Below, piece after piece: positions 50,992 through 64,000 of a stretch of DNA of 64,000 nt (its first letter is position 1; each line of letters begins with the position of its first letter). The stretch lies in contig JBHGNT010000011.1 in the NCBI GenBank assembly GCA_043228905.1, positions 20,460,001 to 20,524,000 of the forward strand, read 5' to 3'. The notes under the pieces were generated by a model. It was not told where the DNA came from, did no database searches, and saw only the letters and a program-made list of their open reading frames with translations. Both the position numbers and the translations under genes were made by a program. Origin of the DNA: Azolla caroliniana. Its lineage: Eukaryota > Plantae > Polypodiophyta.

Positions 50992-53579
50992 ATGGCAGAG
51001 GTGATTAACACTTTTGGGATAATCAAATTTGGTTGATCTGCATGCAATAAAAAGTTTATGCTATACCTTGACACATGAATCGAATGATTTCTTTATGAAT
51101 ATCGAGCTATTAAATGATGGATTAGTCTGATTTGATTAAAGTGAATAGTTAATTAAGCCAACTGTGCCATAGTTGACTTGTAAATCGATGAAAGAAAATA
51201 AAATCAAGAGAGCGATTTTTGTGAAGAGGACATGAAATTATGATTAATGAGTGTTAATGTTCAAGATTGAATCGATGCATTAGAGAATCCTAATTGAACT
51301 TGTCTTGAATGAATGAACGATTTGTTTAATCTAGGACAAGAAGAATGAAGGGAAGATTATAATGGAAGCTCAAGTTCACTGCAAATCAACTGAAGACAAA
51401 GTCAGAAATGCCATTCTTGGCTACCCAGGTTTATTTCTTAGACCTTTGAATCCTTGCTTTTTCTCCATTTTGTATATATTTTTTAATTAGCAATTATATA
51501 CATAAATGCATATATTTCCATTTTTTTTAAATATTTATATGTAGGCTTTCTATATAAATATATGCAATTAGTTTTCTGTTTTTATTTTGCCATTTTCTTT
51601 TATATAATGTTTTTCACAGAAAAAATTATATATTTTTGCATCTAATTATGTAGATTAATTCATGTAGCATCTAATTACGTCTTAATTAATTTTGCATCTA
51701 ATTAATGGAGGCCCTTCCTAGTTTAGGGTTTACTAATTAGCCTAATGAAGGTCAACCCACCTTTCTAATGAGCTATCAAGCCTTGTAATTAACCTTTACA
51801 ATGAATTCTTAATTATGGCTTAATGTGCACTAATTGTGTGTTTAAATCTGAAGTTTTGTGTAATTAGGAGGCTCTAACTTTGACCTAGCAAAACAAGCCT
51901 TAGGTATACCTTTTTGTTTTTGTTTTTATTAGGTGTAGGTTATGGGAAAACATAGAAATAACAATGCTCCCTTTAGATTATCAATTTCCTTTGTTTCTTG
52001 ACACACTCCTTAAGGTTATCGGTCGTCCCCCCAACGACCTAACGTTTGTCAACTCCGCAAGAGAGAAAAAGTGGCTTCAATAACCTCGAGAAAAAGCACA
52101 TTTAAATTGATCGATATGTATAATTGCTCGTTCCAGGGGTTGTCCTGACTTGGGGACATTTGGGAAACAATAAATAAAACGCTTATCATACTTCGCAGTT
52201 TTGGGCTTATCCATTATTGCCTTGGCACTTTAATATGAAATACTTAAAATTTAAATAGGTGCTTTCTCGACATGAAGTTAACAATGCTTTGTTGGAATCC
52301 CCCTTTGTTTTGACACTTGAGAAGGCCTTCAAACTCTTTTTGTGAAGCTTTCCCGGTGCAATGTGTCTTATTTTACCTTTATGTTCTTTGGCTCTTTCCT
52401 ATGTGTTTGTCAACACAAATGGATCCCCTTTCCAACAAGTTGCCCCTTTCTAGGTAGCGAAAATACACTTGAGCATCAAGAAATCATGTCATTTGGAAAT
52501 ATTAATCCTAAAGAAATAACACAAGTTGGCATATGTTAGGAATGCTCACTTACGAAACACAATATCGACACAACATGAGATGATCCATGGTTAGTTGAGC
52601 GCCATGAAAATAATAAACCACCATTTGCATTGATGCTTTGTGATCATTTTCACATGCTTAAGATATTACTCTTGACCATTGACGTTGAAATATGAGGTAT
52701 CGAACTTGGTTGTTTGAAGGAGAATTTGATGAAGCTCATGTGATTATTGTCCATTGTTTGAGTGTCATGTTTAGATTCAAAATGTACTTGACCAAAACAA
52801 ATTTGGCATGATTGGATTGAGGCCTCCTAGTGCCATTATACTTAGGACATATGTATGGATTACAAGTAGGACAACAATAGCACTCAATGGGAAACCTAAT
52901 AAACTAGAGTGAGCTCGCACAATATTAGCTTCTCGGTGCCAACATGACACCAAACGCTTGATTCTAGACTTATTGACATTCATTACATTAGTCGTCTGGT
53001 TTTGAAGTCTCATACAACACAACAAGATGACAAAATTTGTTTTGGGAGTGCATTTTTACTTGTTTGACAATGGACAAGTGTAGTTGTCTAATTACCCTAT
53101 GGGTTTAACATGTTTATTAATACCCTTTGTAACCTCCACTATAAACAAGTTTAACGGGTTGCATTAAACATGTATTGTAGGTGTAGAGGACATAAACATT
53201 GATGTTAAATCTAAGAAGGTGACTTTGAAAGCTCCGAGTGTGAATGCCAAGAAGTTCTTTGATGAAGTAAAGAAGAGATCTGGAGGGAGGATCACTAAAC
53301 TCGTTCATCCTGATCCCAAGGAGCTCGAGAAGAAGGAAAAGGAGGAAAAGGAGAAGAAGAAAAATGAGGAAAAAAAGGTATGATATCACATCTAAGAAGC
53401 AAGTTAATGTAAGACATCGGATTTAGAAATGTTCATTAGAATGATTAGGCTTCACTTCTAAGAAACAACCTAATCTAAGACATTATATATAGAAATGTTT
53501 GCTATAACATGGATCCCCAAGACATAGAGGGGGAAGGACACACATGGTGTTCCCTTAAGTTTACAACTAATTGGAAATA

Positions 53580-53615
<36 letters not shown>

Positions 53616-54657
53616 TGTATTTATGTATGTATGTATGTATGTATGTATGTATGTATGTATGTATGTATGTATGTATGTATGTATGTATGTATGTATGTAT
53701 GTATGTATGTATGTATGTGCAAGTGCAAACACAAGCTGGTTTATGCTTATATTTTTGCATGTTTCATTCCACCTGAGCCCATAAACTTGATAGTCTTTCG
53801 ATGATACAAAACTAATCAATCTTGAAACATTTGCTCCCATGGAATCACATGTTTTTTTGTCAATATGGCAATCACATTATACATGCATTAAAATGTTAAA
53901 AAGAAGTGAAGTTGGATGCATTATACAACATGTCTCTCCTAAAACTATGTGCACACACATTAAGATATCAAAGGTTAATTTGTGCAAAGGATTAGATTTA
54001 ACTATAGTGCTTTTTCAGCATCACATTTGTTGTTCTCGGTGTATATTTCTCAAGGACAATACAATAACCACACAATTATTTGTTTCATTTGTAGCCCGTT
54101 GATGTCACGGTGGTGCTCAAAGTGTATAACCATTGTGAAGATTGCAAGAAAAAGTTGGAAAAGATTGCATGGAACATAAAAGGTAATTGCTTTCAATGTA
54201 GACTCACCGAACGTTCAAGTTTTGAGTGGAAATAATTTATCATACCAATCTTAAGTCTCATATACCATTTCCTTAATTTGTTCAATTATTGGATTTATTG
54301 TTTTCAAAATGTCAAATATTGAAAAAGGTATTCAAAATAATATTACGAGGACATGGCTAATGTTTTCATTGTGAAATAATTCTAGATGTATTTGGTGTTA
54401 AAGTGGATGGAGACAAGGTGACCATTCAAGGCAAAGACTTAGATCCGAAGAAAGTATGTGATGAGATAAAAAAGAAGTTGAGAAAGCATGTCGAAATTGT
54501 GCCTCCAAAGAAAGAAGATAATAAAGGAAGTAGTGACGCTAACAAACAAATAACTACTGGAACTGATATAAAGCATGTAATCATACTACACGACTCATAT
54601 GCATATCCTCCTCAATATTTTAGTGATGAGAATCCAAATGCGTGTGCTATCATGTGA
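50992..54657 (+). CDS. Heavy-metal-associated isoprenylated plant protein (HIPP) with two HMA domains; 5 exons, 219 aa
   Basis: Exons 50992-51000 (MAE), 51335-51428, 53181-53377, 54095-54182, 54386-54657 (660 nt). HMA1 VHCKSTEDKV, Lys/Glu-rich linker, HMA2 VLKVYNHCEDCKKKL, and C-terminal FSDENPNACAIM* (HIPP signature plus CaaX). Confidence 0.92.
53587..53718. repeat. (TATG)n microsatellite in HIPP intron 3
   Basis: About 33 TATG units. Confidence 0.95.
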
Positions 54658-55416
54658 AAAGTAGTATCATAATGAAGTGAGTTTTGCTTGTAAATTTATC
54701 GTTGTCTATGCTTTCTCAAGAGTGTAATATTGTTTGGTACATAGAAGGATACATTAAAGTTTTGCTATACTCTTCTATAGTTGTAAGTATACAAATGCGT
54801 CATGATCAAAATAATTCTGCCATAACTTTGAAGTGGAAGCCATTATATGGTCATGTTCGCCATTGATTAGGACCCTGAACATTGCATTAATGTATCATTT
54901 CAATGATTTCGACCAAAAAATTCAAATACCAATCAAATCCATACAAACAAAGGATATTGGAATGAAGCATTGCATATTTGGTAACTACAAATGTACCCAC
55001 AAGCTCTTTTGAAGAGCTTCTATAACACATGTACTAGGTTGTGGTCTCAAAATGTGACTCCATCTAGAACAGTTTCAAATGGCAAAGAAATGCACATGTA
55101 TTGAATTGAATCATTATCTCATTCTAATAAAATGAATGGGTTAGAACTTTATATGAAATTTCGTGTCTTTCTTTTAATGTTCGCTTCAACTATGTACATA
55201 CGTTTTTGAAATGAGGATTAAACTCTCACTATAATCCTCCTTAGCATGAAGTTATACTTTTTTGTTGAAATATAAAGGATATTGAGTTTGACCAAGAAGA
55301 CTATGTAAATTTTGTAGAGAAGGGACCAATGGGATCAATTACAGAATGGCTTATGAGAACAATGATCTTTGGGAAGCCATCCCAAGGTTTCAATATTGTG
55401 CTTGGCAAAGCCAAAG

Positions 55417-56480
55417 TTTTTTTTTCCAAAAAAAAAACTCCTTCCATTAGTTATAAAATTTTACAAATGAGATGATTATGTACAAATCCCTGTAAGGACA
55501 CGATAGTTCCATCTTATGTGGATGCCCACTGACTCAAGAAAGGGAGAGGACGACCATTGTTGGATGAAGGCTATTCATTGTCTTTCAACTCCATCAGAGC
55601 TGCCCTTGAGGCCATCATATTGGCTCTTTAGAGTGGCTACAATTTCACTCCATATCTCTTGCAGTAACATTGTTGGATGCGCGGTTTGGTTGGAGAAGAC
55701 CCGTTTACACCGTTGTTTCCACAGAATCCAAAGAGTTATTGGGTTGACCAATTCCAACACAACTTGAGATTTTTCATTAAGAGGAGTTGAGTGGACATTG
55801 CCGATGGTGGGGAAAAAAACTTCTTGTGCTTTTATCACCAAAGTCATCCCCTCCTCCTGATGCTCGTATCTGCCAACTGGGGTCTGCCATGATAGCCAAC
55901 ATATATTTCCCCACTTGATTTAGCCTTGCACCTGGCATAATTGCAAAGCCAAAGATTAATTTGCTCAACATCAAATTTGTTGGCATAAATTCCATGTTTC
56001 AAGGTTTTTTGAAGTAGGCTTGATTGGCAACATAATTGTGTGCCCAACATATTTGATGGACCCCCAAAAGGATTGGAGGCTTGTTTTGGAACCAACGATA
56101 TACAACATGATACAATCCCCCATCTCAACCATGCATCCAATTTTAGTTTTTATTAGGAAGTTTTGCTCAAACTTTTGCAATATAATGAATAATGGTTGTA
56201 GATTACAATGTTGGGTTCAATTCAACGATACAAACAAAGTAGGCAATCATTTGATATAGTTGTGCAAAAAGGTGATGGTCGAGAAATGAGCATTCTAATT
56301 TGTCGTACAATGTATGGAGGTTTGGTTCTTACCACTCTAAGATTTTGGGACAACACTACTCTTTTGTTGGAGAAACGAGTAGGAGGGGGATGTAAAGCCA
56401 CTCCTAAGCCTAGTAGCAAACACCAAAGAACTCTAAACCAAATACCTAAATAGCCATGAGGGGTTACAATCAATCACTCT
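55417..56480 (-). mobile_element. L1-type LINE 3' fragment
   Basis: NPITLWILWKQRCKRVFSNQ..EIWSEIVATLK is the L1 ORF2 C-terminal LWxxWxxRxxxxF motif. It ends in an A-rich tail (T-run at 55417). The 5' boundary is approximate. Confidence 0.75.
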
Positions 56481-56799
56481 TAGTCCCTTAAATATTTAAT
56501 CCTTAAATAGCCATGAAAGGTGCATAAGAAAAGGCGAAAACTTCGTAAAATATGGTGGCCAATACCTCTCTGGCTGGATGAATCACATGAAGATCGTTGG
56601 AATTATGCTCCACCACGTTGGCTATTACCTCCTCCGAGTCCTTTCTTATTTCAAAGATAATTGTGAGGTATATAGTTTTTTCTTCTTACTCTTTTTAACT
56701 TACAGTTTGACAGGAATGACATAAAAGAGGCAGATGTGATAGGGGCAGTCGTGTGGAGTGATAGGGGTGAGATGTTGGATGTGGAAAATGAAGCATCTT

Positions 56800-57510
56800 C
56801 TAATTTTGGATAAGGATGAGTGATGAAGGTGTTGAGGGTTGTAACATATTTAATGAGCAGACGAGGAGAGTGGTGTTACTTTGTTTTTGTAGGTACACAA
56901 TTTTGGTGGTAAATCAACGTGAGTGAGATGGTTGATGTCAATTTATGAAGCACAATTCTTTTTTTTATAAGGACAAGTGATTGTGGTGTGGGAGGGTGAA
57001 GCATATTCTCACAAGGAGATAAGGAAACAAGACTCGTTGTATGGTTGTATGTGTAGAATTTTTTGGTGGTATTCAGCGAGATGATTGATGTGGACTTAAC
57101 GAAGCAATTTTCATGGTTTGGATAAGGATGAGTGATGATGGTGTGGAGTCCGACGCATATTCTCATGAGAAGATGAGGAATTTAAACTCATTTTATTGTC
57201 ACTGTGTAGGATTTTGGTGGTAATCGACAAGATGGTTGATGCGGACTTCACGAAGCAATTTGTAGGTTTTTGATAAGGATGAGTGATGATGGTGTGGGGA
57301 CCAAAGCGTAAGTTCATGAGGAGAGGAGAAAATTGACTTAATGTGTTGTTGTATGACAAGAAGTTGGTGGTAATCGTCTAGATGGTTGATGTGGAAAAAG
57401 GAAGCATATTTGTTGAGTTGATAGTATAATGTATTGGATCGCCTTCCAATTTGTGATGTATAGGAAGTTGGTGGTAACCGGCAATATTTGTTGAGTTGAC
57501 AATATAATGT
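56800..57510. repeat. Degenerate tandem array (about 150 bp units)
   Basis: Recurrent GATAAGGATGAGTGATGA and GATGGTTGATG.GGA motifs. Confidence 0.65.
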
Positions 57511-57586
57511 TGTTGAGAATCAAGCTTAACATAGTGCAACATGTGAACACACCTTTTGAGAATCCATGATTACTCAAAGGTCAAGA

Positions 57587-57940
57587 GTCACACCACTACT
57601 CTTTACACATTAATTATGTGTCATAGAATCATATTCTATGACACATAACTAATTAGTTACATATTCCCCATTACTACGAGTCTTCACATTCCCCAAGAGA
57701 GAGAGTGGTTGTTGTAAAGTTAATGAAGAGAGAGGGTGACTCTATATAAAGCACCCTCCTCATACTTCATACTAAGTCGGTTATGACTCCTTGTAATGCT
57801 ACAATTTTGTATATCCATTCTACTTGTGAAATATATATCTTCTTCTTCTTGAGTATTCCTTTTTCTATCTATCTCGTGTTCTCTCATCTCTCCTCTAATT
57901 CCTCTCACACATACACATAACACTCATCTCTTCCGTTACA
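57587..57940 (+). mobile_element. Probable solo LTR
   Basis: (T)GTCAC...GTTACA ends, internal CTATATAAA, flanked by CAAGA on both sides (57582-57586 and 57941-57945). The initial T is missing. Confidence 0.5.
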
Positions 57941-58079
57941 CAAGAATCATACCCGATTATTTACAAATGTATTGGATCGCCTTCAAATCTGCAATAGACA
58001 TGCATGGGATACATTGTTATCTACCTTGAAAGTTTCTAGTAGCATTGGGGTTTTTTTTGGATAAAGATTATGTTGTACA

Positions 58080-58351
58080 GGAGTAGGTTGAAGAAGTATT
58101 GAAAGGTTCATAATTATGACCTGCGAGGGCTTGTTTCCGAATATAAGTACTTTGGTTGTTGTCTATGGATATGATACCTTGCATTGTGTCTAAGGAATAC
58201 CTTACAATTAGTGGATTGTTTTCTCTATTTTGGATTTGTTTCCTCAACCAGTGTCTTTCACAAGACGGGTTGGGGGGGAAAAAACTGTCTGTTGTAGCTG
58301 TTATGACCCTTTTTATACAACTAATGGAAGGATATTTGTTTTGGAAAAAAA
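58080..58351 (+). mobile_element. L1-type LINE extreme 3' end
   Basis: Ends AACTAATGGAAGGA..TTTTGGAAAAAAA, the same tail motif as the copies at 55417 and 60374. Confidence 0.55.
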
Positions 58352-58589
58352 TAAAGGAGGTTAAGGCTTTTGTATTCATTACAAACTCATTAGACATTTT
58401 CACATTATGCTTTTAGGTTTCTTTCTTCTTATCTCTTTTCCTTGCACCACACTTGTCCCTTATATTTTGAGGTATGTTTAATTATACAAAAGTTATCAAT
58501 AAAGACATCAAAAGATGCTAGGAAATCAAGTGGAGTTGGGAGTGAACTCTAAAACTTCAAGGGATGTGGAATGACTAGGTTGTGTTGTG

Positions 58590-58631
<42 letters not shown>

Positions 58632-60373
58632 CAAGCTAATTTGGGAAGCAACACAAACAATCATTTCTGAAGGATGGGAAAGTTAGCAAACTCCTAGATG
58701 TCATCCACTTAAATGTTTGGAAACCCATACATAACCCAACCCTTGGTGGATATAAGTTTTGTGTACCTTCAAATAACCACTCTTGACACACATGGGTCTA
58801 CTAATATTCATGGATCCGCCAGATCTCCCCGCGACACTATACTCTATAAATACCCAATACTTATTTTACCAATCTCTCATAAGAATTGAAAGCTTTCTGG
58901 TTTTGATGTCTGGTTGCAAAGAGTGAAGTATTCACTCACTATCAAAAGTTTAAATTTCTTTGTGGTGAAAGAAGCAAACCAAAAGCTTTGATGTCTTTAG
59001 TTCATTGACAATGGAGAATATTTCTCTAATGATCTGATAACATACCTCTAATGAGCAAGAGTGTGTCGATGCCTCGCGTTGGATAAATTAGAAGGACATC
59101 CTATGCTTAATTCAGGTGGCAATTGTGTCCAGAACGGTTCACGTCATGTATGGAAATATTCTCACATTCCAAAGAGTTGTGATGCATTGCATATGTGCAT
59201 TGTCCCATGTGATGTGTCGACCAAGGTCAATCCCTACTAAAAAAAATGCACCTTCATGAGTTGTTCACACGAATAAAAAGGCTACAAGTCAACAACGCTT
59301 ATGCTCCCAAAGTTCTTATGATAAGTGATATTTTCATTGATGAATGGCATTGTGGTGCACTTTGAAGTTGGCCACACCCATGGACGCCGAGGACAACACC
59401 AATACTAGTACTAAGCCAAGTTGAATGCCACATGACTACAACAACAATTTGACTTTGAGCTTGATGATCAACCCAAATGAGTTTCGAAGACCTGACCATG
59501 ACTCATTTGGGCTCACCCACACTAGGATTAGTCCAAGTTGAACACCACATGACTACGTCAACAAATTGATTTCAAGTACTTCATGGCACAATGTAATCAT
59601 CACCCAACATGACGAAAGTAAGGCTAAGTTGCCCATGTATGAAGACAATTGCTAGAACACAAACAAAGAGGAAGAACATCAATTTCACAAGCTTGATTCT
59701 GTTGATTGATCACAAGTATTGAGTGTCTATCATAAGAACACTCGACATGGGTAAAGACTTGAAAAAGGTACAAACGCAACCATAGCCACTCCATTGTGAA
59801 AGAATATAGTTATGTGGTTTAATTGACTACATGGCAGAACACTATGCTTTTTTATGATGGAAGTAGTGGTTATCCATGAGCCAAAAAGCTTCTAACTTGT
59901 AATTCTCTTGGGGTAAAAGCAATATATGAAGAGGTGCAAGATCTCTATGACAATGAGATGTGGAACCACATATTGTCTCTACCACATAAGAAGGCACATG
60001 CTTGTTGATGGGTCTATAGGGTACCTCAAAATTAATATATATTTTTGTTCAATCCCAATATGTGACTCATAATCTCGATAATAACATCATTAAACTACCT
60101 TAACTACATTATCTTTCTAAAGAAGGATATAATCAATATTTTCAATAGAAGCAAAGGGTATTTGATATTACTCTTAGTACGAGGCTAAATTCTTACATTT
60201 TCCTTTCATGTGTGCAAATTCCTATGCTCACATGGAGAAAACCCTTTAGTTACTTTTTCTATGTAAACCACTCCAAGGATATATAATATAATATATATAT
60301 TATATAACTATTATATAACTAGAAGTTAGAACTCATTCACAATTATAGTTTTGAACAAAACATAGGATTCTTC

Positions 60374-60900
60374 TTTTTTTCCAAAACAATTCTACTTCCA
60401 TTAGTTAAGAAAAAGTACATAGGATAATATATAACTCATATGTTACGAGCCACTTTGCAATGGCTACAAGAAAACATCATGTATAAATGAAGCAACAAAG
60501 CCTCGTCACAGAATTACTCGACAAACTCCCCTTAACATGAGCCTCACACAACCCACATTCAGCAAAGACACCCTCCAATCTCTTCACAATTTAGCACCTA
60601 CCTCTATGTTTTGGTACCCTAGGAGGAAACAGCCATCGAGGTGGCTGATAAATCCACTTTGCATTGCCATCCACCATCTGTAACATCGGAGAACCTCTCC
60701 ATTTAAGAAGGAAGCAGTATCTAGCTTCTTCACTTGCATTAGAGGGCCCCTAAAGGCTGTCAAACTTTCCCTGTAGCGTAGAAATTAGATTATACCAAAT
60801 CATCATTAAACTCTCAGTCGATGGGGTTCACTTCTCGGTAAACGATTCCTTATACAACCTTGTACTTGGTAATTGTTTTTCATGTAAGTACCTTTGGTTA
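60374..60900 (-). mobile_element. L1-type LINE 3' fragment
   Basis: The minus strand reads IWYNLISTLQGKFDSL*GPSNASEEARYCFLLKW..WIYQPPRWLFPP, homologous to the ORF end of the 55417 copy, with the same tail motif. Confidence 0.7.
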
Positions 60901-62286
60901 TTATTATCAAAATTTTGAGTTAATAAACTTATATTGGATTGATATCATTATTCACCTTCAAGGTAGAGTTGTAGACTAATTTTGAAGCATGACATTGCTA
61001 ATAAACCATAACGGAACATTCACACTTAATGCACTACCTTCCACCTAAATGTGTTAAAACAATGATGAAATAGGAGACCATAAATATACTTACATACATT
61101 GTACATAACATATAAAAGAAAAAATGACATTTGAAATGTCCCGTGTTAACAAGACGTTCAACTATTTTTAGCAAAAACAATCCATTATATGAGAATACAA
61201 AAAAAACATAACTATTTTTTCATATGCAATGTACAATTTATAGCCAATTGTTTGTGCAAGGACTCTTAATGGAATATGGTGGTTCTCGATAGAACAATAT
61301 TAGTTTTTTAGCAATTGTGACGATTGTGTTCCAAGCAAAACATGTGAATTAATTGAAAGAAACATCACATATTGAGATACATTGACTCATCATGTGTGTT
61401 GTATAATATGTATACGAATGGAACACATACATACATATAAGATGAACCTATATATGTGTATATATTCACATTTCTCAAGCACATATGATGACTTTAGTCT
61501 TTTTTCCTTGATCAACATACAATTGATGGGCATGTACCCTACTTGCAACCATGCACATTTAGCAATAGTTGATATGTGACAATAGTTTGGAGGAGATATT
61601 TTTCGAAAGTAAAACTAAACTATGTATTCTATCAAAAAGCAAACTTTACAAATTGTGTCACTATATACATGAGACAATGTTTAAACGATCACGAAAGGAG
61701 GTAAAATCAAATCACAAGCTCCCTGAGGTTGTTTCTAAGAGGTGCCGAATAAACAAGGACAAACCAACAAAAATGAAAGAACCCAAGCCAAACACATGGA
61801 GTGATGCAATTGAACGGATCGACTCCCACCAACTTTATTGTCGATTCATTGCGGGTCCTTGTCCTTGTACATCAATATGAAAGCTCGTTATTACTAGCTC
61901 AAAATTCTTCTACAAAAACTTGTCCATATCTCCAACTAATCTCTTCATAAAATATCTACTAAGCTATATTGAAGAAAATTCTACTCCATTTATGTGTTCC
62001 ACATCTTCCCCTTATACGAAAATTTTGGATGTTCTCCTAAAGCTCTTTTCGGTTGTTGCCTATCATTTCTTTTTCTTTTTCCTGTTTGTTGTAAGTGAGG
62101 TGGCTAATGATCGATAATACGACACCATCACGTGGCAATAAAACCATTATACGATATATCAATGGTCAACAAACACACATATATATTAGTATCCCTCTTA
62201 AAATTTTACACCAATCCAACTATGTAATTATAAAGGGGCTAGTAAATAAGTGTACCAAGAAAAAAAAATTGTCTGCATAAAAACTA

Positions 62287-62569
62287 GGGAAAAGTACCAG
62301 GGTACCCCTGGAAGTTCGTCTATTTACTAGAATGCCCCTCGAAGTTCCAAATTTACCAAACTACCCCTATGTCCAAAAAATTACACTTTATAAAGTAATT
62401 ATACACTCAAATCTACAAGCCCTATTTAGCAAAGATGGAAGAAATGGATCCGAACTAGCCCTATTTACCAAAGATTTGAGTGTATAATTACTTTATAAAG
62501 TGAAATTTTTTGGATATAGGGGTAGTTTGGTAAATTTGGAACTTCCAAGGGTATCCTGGTACTTTTCCC
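62287..62569. mobile_element. Mutator (MULE)-type MITE, 283 bp
   Basis: Long TIRs (GGGAAAAGTACCAGG... / ...CCTGGTACTTTTCCC) and a perfect 9-bp TSD TAAAAACTA at 62278-62286 and 62570-62578. Confidence 0.93.
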
Positions 62570-63551
62570 TAAAAACTATAAATCCCAATTGAACTACTTG
62601 AAAGAACGTAGTGTCATGTAAGCAAGTATATTGAATGTTCATATATATGTGCATGCACAAACATATATACTAACATACTTCACAAATTTTTACATTAAAC
62701 ATTTATCTAGTTGTGTAATTAATATAGAAAGAGAGGGGCACACCATTACAACCCTCACAAAGCCATATTCACGTGGTTATTAGGTTAATATAATAGGACA
62801 CGTAGATAGGTTGGAAGATGGCTATAATTTGTACCCCTTGATCAACATACAAGTCAACAAAGGCCATAGGTACATTCATTAAACATAGATACAAATTGAA
62901 CATGTTGACACACTAGAACAACTTTAACAAGAAAAGAAAATACTCCAGATGGGGCACGTATTTGCATGCACACACATAGACAAACAACACATGCGGACAT
63001 ACATGACATGTTCCTTAAGATATCACTGTACCATACTCTATAGATAGGAATAAAAGAAGCTTAATCTTAGAAAAGCCTTTGCTAAAGTCAAGTTCCTATG
63101 GCTAACAAAAAATATTTATACAATGGTTAAGTAGAGAATGTTGGCTCTACATTCCTTTTCCTTCATCAATATACAAGCAAAAACCATACATTTTGATATG
63201 ATGATGCATATGAGATATGAACAACTTGAAAGAAAATAGTATCATGGATATACAAATACATAACACGCCTTCTTAAGTTTTCTACACTAAGTATACACAA
63301 ACAATGAAATTAGGAAGAAAGGGGTATAACATTAGAAATAGTCATTATTGGAAGGCAAGTTCCTATAGATAGCACATAAAGAAAGATGAGGGTAGACAAA
63401 GAAAGATCTTTCCCTTGATCAACATATCAACCTAAGACCATTAAAAATTGATATAAAAGGTAGATCACAAAGGTATACATATACAAATATGAATACGTTC
63501 AAATACACAACGAGATACTAGAGCATACACAAGACAACCACAATAGCAATC

Positions 63552-63645
<94 letters not shown>
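63552..63645. repeat. (CATATA)n microsatellite
   Basis: About 15 hexamer units. Confidence 0.95.
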
Positions 63646-64000
63646 GACAACAATATAAAAAAAATACATACAAGGCAACAATAATAATTATTTGTATACA
63701 ATGTTATAATTACATCTACATATACAAGATACAAAAGCATACATAGGAGTCTAGGACATAAATACAATCCATATACATAAGCCAAGATAAAACAAGATAC
63801 ACATGTAGATAGAAGACAACTACAACTATCTATCTATTCGTATATGTATATGGACACATACATAGACATACACAACAAGATAGACAAGTATTTGTCCGAT
63901 GCGTATCCATATAGAACAAGATAGACAAGTATTTCTAGGATGTTAACTATAACTACCCGTACACGAATACGGATACATGATAACAAGATACATAAGTCTA

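Noticed and set aside
50481-51008. 175-aa ORF with extensin-like SPPP repeats
   Set aside because: It starts in a TA/CA microsatellite, runs through (CT)n, has no real signal peptide and is out of frame with HIPP.
53470-53840. ORFs with YVCM/HTYI repeats (similar cases at 10904, 19913, 25573-26251, 44763 and 63465)
   Set aside because: These are translations of microsatellites.

Overview
AT-rich land-plant nuclear DNA with spliceosomal GT-AG introns, microsatellites and LTR retrotransposons; the TE content suggests a non-seed plant such as a fern (inference only). Three intact spliced genes were reconstructed by hand. (1) A 12-exon F-box/LRR gene of the Arabidopsis At3g58530 type (14066->1361, minus strand); its introns hold a decayed antisense Copia, a near-perfect hairpin and a LINE fragment, and it may have a multi-intron 3' UTR. 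(2) A 13-exon ROOT UV-B SENSITIVE 6 gene (RUS6/DUF647, 20812-26292, +). (3) A 5-exon HIPP metallochaperone gene with two HMA domains and a CaaX tail (50992-54657, +). Between RUS6 and HIPP lies a nest of about five LTR-element layers (~28.1-46.6 kb). Innermost is a fully intact, very young Ty1/Copia (37078-42247; LTRs 282/283 identical, TSD AGACC). It sits inside the most unusual element in the window: a GC-rich LTR retroelement primed by tRNA-Trp that encodes only a Gag-like protein and has no pol. The right end holds three L1-like LINE 3' ends, a probable solo LTR and a MULE-type MITE with a perfect 9-bp TSD. All family assignments come from recalled motifs, not database searches.
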